Source of the DNA: Macrostomum hystrix | Lineage: Eukaryota > Animalia > Platyhelminthes | Assembly: GCA_950097015.1 (NCBI GenBank) | Contig: CATNEN010000038.1 | Coordinates: forward strand, 8,184,001-8,248,000 | Direction: 5' to 3' | DNA length: 64,000 nt | Shown: piece by piece, positions 49,908 to 61,400 of the stretch | How positions within the stretch are numbered: the stretch's first letter is position 1 | How the letters are laid out: each line of letters begins with the position of its first letter | Made by a program: the position numbers and the translations under genes | Notes under the pieces: model-generated | What the model was told of the DNA's origin: nothing | Seen by the model: only the letters and a program-made list of their open reading frames with translations | Databases searched by the model: none

Positions 49908-51093
49908 CAAAACTATTTTAACCTTAGCCTGCCTGTCTAATATTGATAACTAGGCCTAGCTACTAATACAAATTCAATTCCTAATTATTTAACTATATTA
50001 GTGATTTGGATTTAGATAGGGCCTAGCCTATTATTAATATTAGGGCCTCATTAATTAAAATGGTTAAGTTAGCTATATATAGTTAGTAGGCTTTAGCCTG
50101 TTTAGGCCCTGATATTATTATTATTATTATTATTAAGTTCACACTAATAAAATGTGCTGATTTTTTGTATATTTTATTTTTAATCAAAACTAGGGCCTAT
50201 AAGTAGGCCCTAACAACAAATCAAATAAGACTTAGTCCTACTTATGGGCATTGGCCTAACTTGTACATTGTAACTATGGAGTATGGTAAATATGAGGCTA
50301 GGCTGCTAGTGCTAGCAAGGAAAACTAGGCGCTACTACAAGCTGTAGGCCTATCTAGGCCTAATAGCATTAGGCCTAGGCCTATAAATATTACAAATATC
50401 ACACCAGCTTATAAAAGTATTACTTAAAACTTAGCCTAGAGCTAATAGAACTATAATACTTAATTCAAAGAGTCTTATATTAGCTAGGCCTATATAAGCC
50501 TAGTCTAATAAGTAATATTATTTGAATAGTATAAGCTATAATAGCATGACATAGCATAGCAGCAGAAGTTCCATAGGCCTAACACAAATTATTTTACTCA
50601 TTTAATCAGGTCTTAGCTTTAATGAAGCAATTGCACTAGAAGTACAATTCATACCGGATTTTTAGTTTGTATTTGATATAAGAAACAAGAAGAATGACTA
50701 GCACAGAAACTCTATTGAAGAGACCGAATGTTTCTTCTGTAAATTGTACGAGTATAGCCAGTACTGCGTCAAGTGAACCGTATTTTGCATTATATGTGAT
50801 TCCGGACTGGCTAAAAGGGATTTTGCACGGTAAAACAATTGTACTTAAAAGATGCTACTATTCTCTCAAAAAAGTAATACAAAAAAGAATAATAAATTTT
50901 TCTAAATAAAAAATAATAGGCAGAAAATATTTAACTTTGTGAATTTTTTGTAAATTAAGCGAATGTGTCATTTTTAACATAAAATATCTGCCAGTTTTAT
51001 TATTTTACACAACCTGCACGTGCCACATTAAACCAGTTACACATAATTTGCTTTATTTGCATATCCTCAAAGCCAAAAACTACTTTTTTCTTC

Positions 51094-52497
51094 ATGGCTT
51101 CAGAATGGCATAAATCGTTGATTCGCTGCGAGAAATCCTTCATTGTTCAAAACGGTATGCTCTCCAGTTTTGGGTTAGGGCAGACAAAAAAACTAATAAT
51201 AAGTTACTAGAAGTAGCTTTCTGCAATAGTTAAAAAAATTGAGCTATTATAGAGTTTCCTCTAGGCATTCTCTAAATGTACGCAATCTATTTTTACTGTT
51301 TTTTGTCATTTTTATTCGCCGAGCTGTTTTACAAAGAATTATCACCTCTTAAAAGTTAAATCGACTGGTATGCTTTTCAGGTCGTGTTACATTACGATAC
51401 CTGCTAAAAGGATTCGCTGAAATTGTAGAAGAATATGATGTCAAGACGTGTTGCCTACTTGGTAAGTAATTACTTAAAAATCGTACTTTACGTAAAGTAA
51501 TTGAAAGTAAAATAGCATTCAATAAATCAACAAATAGCCATGTTCAATAGGCCGCAAATTCAAACACGAGAGCCTAATTGGTAAGGAAGGCAGCTGGGAC
51601 TATGAGCTGGGCAGTGCCCCGCCTACGCCAGCTTCAAGCGCTATTATTGCATCTATTTCTAATGTGAGTCCTATATTCACTTACTTATCTGCTAGAATAT
51701 TTCATAAGTCGAGAGAGATATTTATACATAAAAAAATACCGATCGTTTCTCACATTCTCGATTATTTTATTGTTTTCTCATTTTCTCGACAACTGCAACA
51801 GCTTTTTTTTTAAAAAAAAAGTCCAAAATGATGGCCTTAGTCTGGCCTTATGATCAGAATAAAAAACCATACAAGCGCACAGATAATATAAATACAGTTA
51901 TATATTATCTGTGTACAAGCGTAACCCAGCTCTGAAAGGAATTTCTGAATATTTTTCTATCGCAGCCAATATTTACTCGCACGGACAGCTCGAATGAGTT
52001 CCAGTGGAGGATTCGCAATCTGCCTTACCCGATTGAGACCTACAGTCTGGATGTGGATGCCGCTAACAATGGCGACATTGTGCTGCGAACCAGCAACAAA
52101 AAGTAAGATTCTAGTTAAACTGAATTAGTAGACTGAGTTGAATAAATATTTCAGTGCGCTGGCGCATGTGTTCCCATTTCTAAGGTACTACAAGAAGTTC
52201 GATGTACCAGACATGAAGCGATGCGGCTTGCCAATTGACAAGGCCAAGCTGTCCATGAGCCACGCGAACAACACCCTACTCATTGTGGTCAGAGTGCTTT
52301 TTACCTGGAAATCTTTAGAAAATGGGCCTTCTAAATGGCTAAAATTAGTAGAAAAAAACTGACCAATTAATTTCCAGTACCCGAAGCCCAAAGTCATTCT
52401 GGACTTTGAGAGCTCAGTGACAGCAGAGCTGAGGAAGCGCTGCAACAAAGATGGCGACGTCGGCTTGCTGCCTGAGAACAGCTGCGCTATGCAATGA
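51094..52497 (+). CDS. DPCD: DPCD protein, 6 exons (51094-51154, 51381-51461, 51551-51663, 51966-52102, 52185-52287, 52378-52497), 204 aa
   Basis: EEYD, NPIFTRTD..FQWRIRNLPYP, RTSNKKYYKKFDVPD, HANNTLLIVYPKP; all GT-AG with consistent phases. Confidence 0.95.
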
Positions 52498-52729
52498 GCA
52501 TGGAACTGTTCTCACAGTGTTTGTTAGTTTACTCTTCAGTGACGTAAATTGAAATACTGTGCCTAATTGTTAATATGTTTGTTATTTGAATTCTAGTTAA
52601 ATTTTTTCATATGCGCGTTAAATAATTTGCGTCAAAACTATTCGATAGTCTAGTTGTTTTCACGGTAATTATTCATTATTACATTATAATTGCATTCAAT
52701 TTTGATTAGACCCCTGCCCCAATACCAGA

Positions 52730-52930
52730 TGTCAGATGCGTAGCCGACAGCACAGCCGCAGCTATTGCGTGGCGAATCTGAAGACTGCGTACGGCTGTCC
52801 AGTCCATGGACTGGGTGGATGCCACACCCACCCTCAATTATCCCAGCTGATGCTGGTACCAATTTAAAAGCTGGATGAACTGAAGGAATGTGTTCTGTGT
52901 CTTGCTAAAGGACACAAATTATTCCAGTGG
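52730..52930 (-). mobile_element. SINE family 2 fragment
   Basis: Reverse strand reads TGTGTCCTTTAGCAAGACAC...CCAGCTTTTAAATTGGTACCAGCATCAGCTGGGATAATT...CCAGTCCATGGACTG, matching 23520-23610. Confidence 0.75.
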
Positions 52931-53435
52931 ATGGGCTTATGATTGGATGGGCTTATGATTGGATGGGATTATGATTGGATGGGATTTTTAGTGGATGGGA
53001 TTTTTATTGGATGGGATTTTTATTCGATGGGATTTTTTATCGGCGCTGTTTTTTATTCAAGCTCACAAACTAGCTTGCAAGATGTCAAGAGCTGCAAGAC
53101 TTTAAAGTTTCATTTGAATAATGATAACTTGCCTCTCATAGCGGCACATTATTCTATGGCCTAAACGAGTCCCGGAATCGCATCTCTCTTGTGCTTATAC
53201 CAAGCACTAAAACTTTGTCTATGGCCAATCTTTGAAGATAACTATGAGCGGTACGCAATAATCGTGACGCAATGATTAAGCCATGGAATAAATGCCCTCT
53301 AATCTTGTGTTCTATGACATCGCTATGACAACAACAATAGCGAGCGGCTTCTGCATTTCGGCAACATGGAACAACAACTTCGGCAGATAAAGTATCTACT
53401 ACTCAATCCTCTACATCCTCAGCGCCATTCGTTAG

Positions 53436-53666
53436 ACTATAGATGATGCAGAAATAGAATCGAAACTTGCCTCTACCATTCCGGACAATACGCTTCGCAA
53501 ACAACAATGGGCCGTTAATGTATTGAACGAGTGGCGAAATGCGCGCCAAATGGCAATTTTTTTAGGAGAATCCCTAAGGACTTCTTGTTTAGGCTTAGTT
53601 AGTAGTTTAGGAGTAGATATCGAACAGGTCAGCAGACAACAGGTCAACTTTAGTATTTATATATAG
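53436..53666 (+). mobile_element. Degenerate Crypton-like (tyrosine-recombinase transposon; KCTD1/ZMYM/QRICH1-related) N-terminal fragment
   Basis: Translates TIDDAEIESKLASTIPDNTLRKQQWAVNVLNEWRNAR, the IP.NT.K...WAV.V...W...R signature; an in-frame stop lies just upstream. Confidence 0.6.
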
Positions 53667-53848
53667 AAGCTAGATAGTCATAGAAATAAATAGCTTTAAA
53701 ATAATAAGAAGAAAATTACTCAGTGGATTTGTTTTTCTAGAGCATTCCCAGTAGCACTCTATCCAGCAGTTTTATTGACTTAACTCAGGCTTTGTTTCAC
53801 ACTATCGACTGCACAGCAGCTAATAGTCAGCTTTAGTAGACTGATGAC

Positions 53849-55363
53849 TTAGCTGTACTGGATGATGAAGCTGCGGTAACGAACGACATTAGCGTACAGG
53901 GAGGTGGTGGAGCTGATGCCGGAGTTCACGCCCAGCTGGTAGTTAACGCCGTTGTTCCTGATGACCATCGGGCCGCCGCTGTCGCCGAAGTAGATGGAGT
54001 TGGGACTGCGGGCGCTGCAGAAGTAGGCGGCGCTGCAGCCGCTGCTGGTCAAGGTGGTCTGGGCGTAGTTCAGGACATTCTGGACGCCATTGTGATCGCC
54101 ACCGTAGCCCATGCTGATGATGGCGGTGCCGGCTCCGGGCGAGGAGGTGTACAGCGAAATGGGCTTCACGTTGTCAGTGAACTGGATATCACGGCTGGTC
54201 TTCAGGACGGCCAGATCGTAGTCGCGAACAACGGCGCAGCCACTGCCGGTGGGGTAGCCCGGGTAGATGTGGGTGGTGACAACCGGGTAGGAGGTGCCCT
54301 GACCGGCGCGCACGGTGCCGACCTGCCAAATTTCCGGGCGGGCTAAATTTTTATTGCGCAGTCTTTCAAAAAGAAGATGACTCATGCTACAATACCAGGC
54401 ATTAACACACTCTATGACTCATGCTACAATACCAGGCATTAACCCACTCTATGACTCATGCTACAATACCAGGCATTAACACACTCTATGACTCATGCTA
54501 CAATACCAGGCATTAACACACTCTATGACTCATGCTACAATACCAGGCATTAACCCACTCTATGACTCATGCTACAATACCAGGCATTAACACACTCTAT
54601 GACTCATGCTACAATACCAGGCATTAACCCACTCTATGACTCATGCTACAATACCAGGCATTAACACACTCTATGACTCAATCTGGCTCAAGCGAAAATC
54701 GTAGGCCATTGCTAACTTTGTGACTCAACCTACAAACCTGGGTCATAATATTAATACCAATAGTAATTGAAGGAGGGCTGTAGGCAATGGTACATCATTT
54801 GGTGACACTAGACCCGCAGCCAGCGGGGAGGCAATTCTGTACATTTTGCTTACTCCTGAGTACACAAGCACACAGATACTGTACGCGGGCACACACTTAC
54901 ACATCTGCCCTGACTGTCTCATCGTCAGGCAGTGTTCACTCTCACTGTGCCTTGGAAGTTGGCCATCAATGGCGTCAATTGCACGACAAGCCCCCAAGCC
55001 TTCTCTCCGCGGCTGCGCCCCGAATGAATGTGGCTTCGCCGCGGAATCGAGCTCAGGAAAATTGGTGTGAACCTGAGTCATTTCTCACTCTATGACTCAA
55101 GCTAACTCAAGTTGCAGAGCAAGATCTGTAAGCCCTATTATCAGTTATCCATTTACCTCCACGGAGCTGGGGCGGGTGGAGCAGACGCAGTGGGCGGCGG
55201 TGAGGATGGTGTTCTTGTTCAGGATGGAGGCGGAGCAGCCGGAGATCTTGGCCATCCAGGGCAGCTCGCCGAGCCTGGCATTCTGGCCGTTGAGGATGTA
55301 GGAGTCCAACGGGTTGGCGGCGGCCACAGCCAGCAGGCAGGTCAAGGCGACCAGGAACTTCAT
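53849..55363 (-). CDS. Secreted S1A serine protease (chymotrypsin-like), 2 exons (55363-55157, 54322-53849), 226 aa
   Basis: Signal peptide; ILNGQNA mature N-terminus; LTAAHC, DLAV and GDSGGP triad motifs; phase-0 GT-AG intron. Confidence 0.93.
54377..54680. repeat. 37-bp minisatellite, protease intron
   Basis: TGACTCATGCTACAATACCAGGCATTAAC(A/C)CACTCTA. Confidence 0.95.
54760..55060 (-). mobile_element. SINE family 1 copy in the protease intron
   Basis: B box, body and tail all match the other copies. Confidence 0.85.
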
Positions 55364-55959
55364 GTCCAGAGAGCCGTTCGTGTGTCTAAGAATAGAATTG
55401 GCCTCAGAAGTTGAGTTGTCTTTAGAAAAAACCTACTCACGCAGCCAGGCTTTTTATCGTGTACCAGGGAATGTGACAAAGTCGACGTTTTGCCTGAGAA
55501 AGTGACACACAGCGCAATGTTTCTGGCTTTTTCATTGTCCTTGCAGCTTGTGCTGGTATCTTGCGCTCCTGTGCTCACGGTTTGTGGGCGGCTTTGAGAA
55601 ATGTCAGCGAAACGGCATTCGCATCTAGCTATCCAACTGCGAGTAGCTCTTATCTAAGACTCAGTTGTGCGTGAGGTTCGGCACGTCTGACTCTGACTCT
55701 GGAGTCGTTGCAACACAATGCGCCTATGAGCTGTTAGGATTAAGAAATTTGCTGAATAATCAGTACGAGTATAGCTGAGCAGACCAATGTTGGCAACGCA
55801 TGATAGAAATCGAAGCTGCGATCGGGGTTCGATCGAAGTTTTAAATTCTTTTGCGGAGGGTATCATTCAATCATTTGGTCTCGCTGGTTCATAGAAAAGT
55901 AAAGAGAGGCAGAGAGAATCTGAGGGATACAGAGAGAGATAGTTAGAAAGGCAAAAAGA

Positions 55960-57380
55960 GTCAAGGAGAGTCAGAGAGAGTCAAGAGAGTCAGAGAGAGT
56001 CAGAGAGAGTCAGAGAGAGTCGGAGAGAGTCAGAGAGAGTCGGAGAGAGTCAGAGAGAGTCAGGGAGAGCCAGAATGAGGCATAGAGAATCAGAGAGAGT
56101 CAGAGAGAGTCAGAGAGAGTCAGAGACAGTCAGAGTGAGTCAGGGAGAGTCAGAGAGAGTCAGATAGAGTCAGGGAGAGTCAGAGAGAGTCAGAGAGAGT
56201 CGGAGAGAGTCAGAGAGAGTCAGGGAGAGCCAGAATGAGGCATAGAGAATCAGAGAGAGTCAGAGAGAGTCAGAGAGAGTCAGAGACAGTCAGAGTGAGT
56301 CAGGGAGAGTCAGAGAGAATCAGATAGAGTCAGGGAGAGTCAGAGAGAGTCAGATAGAGTCAGGGAGAGTCAGAGAGAGTCAGAGAGAGTCGGAGAGAGT
56401 CAGAGAGAGTCAGGGAGAGTCAGAGACAGTCAGAGTGAGTCAGGGAGAGTCAGAGAGAGTCAGATAGAGTCAGAGAGAGCCAGAGAGAGTCAGAGAGAGA
56501 GTCGGAGAGAGTCAGATAGAGTCAGGGAGAGTCAGAGAGAGTCAGAGAGAGTCAGAGAGAGTCAGAGACAGTCAGAGACAGTCAGAGTGAGTCAGGGAGA
56601 GTCAGATAGAGCCAGATAGAGTCAGGGAGAGTCAGAGAGAGTCAGAGAGAGTCGGAGAGAGTCAGAGAGAGTCAGGGAGAGCCAGAATGAGGCATAGAGA
56701 ATCAGAGAGAGTCAGAGAGAGTCAGAGAGAGTCAGAGACAGTCAGAGTGAGTCAGGGAGAGTCAGAGAGAATCAGATAGAGTCAGGGAGAGTCAGAGAGA
56801 GTCAGATAGAGTCAGGGAGAGTCAGAGAGAGTCAGAGAGAGTCGGAGAGAGTCAGAGAGAGTCAGGGAGAGTCAGAGACAGTCAGAGTGAGTCAGGGAGA
56901 GTCAGAGAGAGTCAGATAGAGTCAGAGAGAGCCAGAGAGAGTCAGAGAGAGCCAGATAGAGTCAGGGAGAGTCAGAGAGAGTCAGAGAGAGTCGGAGAGA
57001 GTCAGAGAGAGTCAGGGAGAGCCAGAATGAGGCATAGAGAATCAGAGAGAGTCAGAGAGAGTCAGAGAGAGTCAGAGACAGTCAGAGTGAGTCAGGGAGA
57101 GTCAGAGAGAATCAGATAGAGTCAGGGAGAGTCAGAGAGAGTCAGATAGAGTCAGGGAGAGTCAGAGAAAGTCAGAGAGAGTCAGAGAGAGTCAGAGACA
57201 GTCAGAGACAGTCAGAGTGAGTCAGGGAGAGTCAGATAGAGTCAGAGAGAGCCAGAGAGAGTCAGAGAGAGTCCGAGAGAGTCAGAGTGAGTCAGGGAGA
57301 GCCAGAAAGAGTCAGAGAGAGTCAGAGAGAGCCAGAGAGAGTCAGAGAGAGTCCGAGAGAGTCAGAGAGAGTCAGAGAGA
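55960..57380. repeat. 10-bp (GTCAGAGAGA)n array with higher-order blocks
   Basis: Direct reading; marker GCCAGAATGAGGCATAGAGAA recurs four times. Confidence 0.97.
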
Positions 57381-57840
57381 GGCAAGCATTTGCATGGCTA
57401 TTTGTAAAAGAATATAGCAACAAAAGTAGAAAGAACTGAAATAAATCTCGCTTTGAGATTACGTTAAATAGTGTATTATTTGCTCCTGCCGTTTTAGGAT
57501 TGAGAATTTTTGGATGCAAAGTTAAGCAATATACATTTGCAAGCAACTTTAAATAAACAAACAAAACAAACATGAAAAGCTAAATGCAATCGTTTGCATT
57601 GGGCTCTTCAGTTCGCTATGACATTACGTGAAACGAGGTTCTACTAAAAGAATTTGAACATGGAGCTAGTTTTATTACTCATAAAACTCAACAACTTTAC
57701 AATGCTGTTAGTGATAGAATAATTAGAATCCTGGAGGTAGTAGCGAGTAGTTAAAAACAGTGAAACAGAACATTGTTGGCACAAAAATTCTATGCCACTG
57801 AGAGTTCTGTAGGTTCCCCAAAACTAAACTAAACTCTTCT

Positions 57841-58350
57841 CGTCACCTGTAACTATAGTACGTCACCTGTAACTATAGTACGTCACCTGTAACTGTGGTA
57901 CATCACCTGTAACTATCGTACATCACCTGTAACTATGGTACATGACCTGTAACTATAGTACGTCACCTGTAACTGTGGTACATCACCTGTAACTATGGTA
58001 CATCACCTGTAACTATGGTACGTCACCTGTAACTGTGGTACGTCACCTGTAACTATGGTACATCACCTGTAACTATGGTACATCACCTGTAACTATGGTA
58101 CGTCACCTGTAACTATGGTACGTCACCTGTAACTAAGGTGCGTCACCTGTAACTATGGTACGTCACCTGTAACTAAGGTGCGTCACCTGTAACTATGGTA
58201 CGTCACCTGTAACTAAGGTACGTCACCTGTAACTAAGGTACGTCACCTGTAACTATGGTACGTCACCTGTAACTATGGTACGTCTCCTGTAACTAAGGTA
58301 CGTCACCTGTAACTAAGGTACGTCACCTGTAACTAAGGTACGTCACCACC
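57841..58350. repeat. 20-bp minisatellite downstream of the Wnt stop
   Basis: CGTCACCTGTAACTATGGTA. Confidence 0.97.
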
Positions 58351-58439
58351 TGCTAGATTAGATCTGTCAAGTGTTATACTTATATAGAAGTTGGATAGTA
58401 ATCAGTGACCCCCTCCCAGGTATTTCAGCGCCCGTATTG

Positions 58440-61400
58440 TCAGGTGCAGAAGGCCTTAGAAATTGTGCAGGAGTCGCAGACGACCCTAAATGGTTGCCTT
58501 AGCAACCGACAGGTCTTCCGTTTGCACTCCGGATGCTCGCCTGGATAGGTGACTGAGCGAACACTGTAGGGACGACCGCAGCACATGACGCTGCAGAGCA
58601 CCTCCCGGCGGTACTGGCTGTTGTCCCCGAAGGTCAGTCCTTGAAGTAGGCTTTGACCAGCCGGGGTGTTGTCCTGTAAACACTCTCTGCAATGGTTTCA
58701 GAAGAGAATATGTGTGGATGGTATGTTATTAGCGGTCGAAGTATATACAGGCCTGCGATCGGAGGTGAGCGAGTGGCACAGCCGTCTAACGCGTTTTTCT
58801 CTCATACCAAGGTCCCTGAGCTCGAATCAGCGGCGAGGCCACATTCATTTGGGTCGCCACGGCGGAGAGAAGGCTTAACAGTAGAAAGAGCTCACTATTT
58901 TTCACTCTGGGGAAGACCACGAGGGCTATTTCAAATACCCACAGCCGACTTCAAGATAGCTGCCAAACCGAGTGACCGATTTTCGTGGAATTCCGCAATG
59001 CGGATCAAAATTTTCCGCTTTTTACGATGGACAAACTTTCAAAGCAGTCGGACATCAGCACCGTCGAGATATTCAGCGATTCTTGTCGAAGACCGTGGAC
59101 TTTCTACTGCTAAGGGCGTGTCTTGCAATCTACGCCCTCGAGGGCCAATCTGAGAGGTCACATGAGAGAAGCCAGCTCACCTCTCGTGCGTAGCCGAGCA
59201 ATAGTCGATGGAGTGCTCGTGGAACAGCAGGACAGTGTTTGGCGGCAGGCCTTTGACTGTACGGTGCCCGAAGCAGAGCGGCTGCAGGGACAGGGGATTG
59301 ATTGGCTGCCTGTCTGCCGCTGATGCGTGCGGACAGGCCTCTTCATAGCCAGCGTAGCCGGACCGGTCGAATATGGCTTTGCGCATCTCGTGCTGCAAAT
59401 ACCAGTTCACAAAATTCAATTGAGCCAAATTTACTGCCGACTAATTATTATCCCCAGCTGAAAAATTATCCCACTCGGTCAACACATTATTTCACTCTGA
59501 CAACAGATATATCCCCTTAGGCTCCCGTGCACTCACTGTATCATAGATTCGCATGAGAACATCCAGCGGGTTTTTGCCAGTCCTGCGGAACAGACTGCCG
59601 GCTAGTAGCAACTGCTGGGATGACTGCTGCTGCTGCTGCTGCCACCAGGAGCCGCCGCCGACACCGTAGTGCAGCACCCGGTGACAGGTGCGCACAGAGC
59701 AGGCGGCGCTGGTGCCGTGACACTTGCACCTGACAGCCTCGGCATGCCTACTAGCCTTCATGCCAACCAGGTAATTGTGCCCGTTCACCAGCTCCGCAAA
59801 CGAGTCGTAAGCTTCACCAACTGCGCGCATCGAAGCTCCCGACGTCTCCGACAGCCGACGCCGCTTCTTCGTCAGCCGGCCCAGAGCCAGGAACTTCCTG
59901 GCCAGCCGGTCGCCAGCCCGGAGGCTGTCGCTGCAGCCGCCAGACTTGAAGTCGTCAAGCTGGAAGCCGACTGGCAGTTTGGCTGCGAGCCAAGCTGGAG
60001 CTCCGCCGCCCCTGCCCACCCTGCACGGACACTGGCTGAGGCGGCCGCGAGCACAATCCGATGCCATTGTGACTGTCAGTACAAAGCCGGCGAGGGCTCG
60101 AACCATGGCGTGCTCAGCTGTTACTGGAAAATCCAGTTCAGTGTTAGTGAATACATGATTAATGATAAGAATAATAATAATTTACCGAGGACTGCAGGCA
60201 ATGGCACATCATTTAGTGACACAATTCGGCACATTTCACTGCCTCCTGAGAACACACGCACACAGATACTGTACAAAGGCACACGCTCACACAAGTGTGA
60301 GCATCTGCCCTGACTTTCTCATCGTCACTGTGTCTTGGAGGTTGGCCCTCAAGGGCGCAAATTGCACCACAAGCCCCCAGCGCCTAAAATGAAGTATAAT
60401 CGAGCTCAAGGAACTTGGTGCAAGAGGCAAGCGCGTTAGACCACTCTGCCACTCACCCCCCCCCCGAGTACAGGATTACAAAATGCAAGTCTGCTTTGAG
60501 TTCCAGCTACTCACAAGCCTGCAGTTCAGGAGCCAGTCGGGGCAGCTGCAGCAGCGAGCTGCAGTTCCACCGGAAGTAGCGGAACTGGGAGCCGCAGATT
60601 TCCACAGTGGCTCTCGCTGCGTCAGTCAAAGCGGCCAGGGTTGCGGGTCTCTGCGGCGAGCGCTGGCAGAACCGCGCCTGAGCCCTGCTGAAAATTTGCC
60701 GCCTGTGCAGTGCCGAACAAACGGCCACGCCAACTTCAGGTGGGCTTTCAGTCCGATGAAGGGCTCTGCAGGTGTCAGCAGGATGCGTGAACACCGATGC
60801 ATAAATCAGGAACAACTCGACGCATCAATCAGGAACAACTCGACGCATCAATCAGGAACAACTCGACGCATCAATCAGAAACAACTCGATGCATCAATCA
60901 GAAACAACTCGACGCATCAATCAGGAACAACTCGATGCATCAATCAGGAACAACTCGATGCATCAATCAGGAACAACTCGACGCATCAATCAGGAACAAC
61001 TCGATGCATCAATCAGAAAGAACTCGACGCATCAATCAGGAACAACTCGACGCATCAATCAGGAACAACTCGACGCATCAATCAGAAAGAACTCGACGCA
61101 TCAATCAGAAAGAACTCAACGCATCAATCAGAAACAACTCGACGCATCAATCAGAAACAACTCGACGCATCAATCAGGAACAACTCGACGCATCAATCAG
61201 GAACAACTCGACGCATCAATCAGGAACAACTCGACGCATCAATCAGAAAGAACTCGACGCATCAATCAGGAACAACTCGACGCATCAATCAGAAAGAACT
61301 CGACGCATCAATCAGAAAGAACTCGACGCATCAATCAGAAACAACTCGACGCATCAATCAGAAAGAACTCGACGCATCAATCAGGAACAACTCGACGCAT

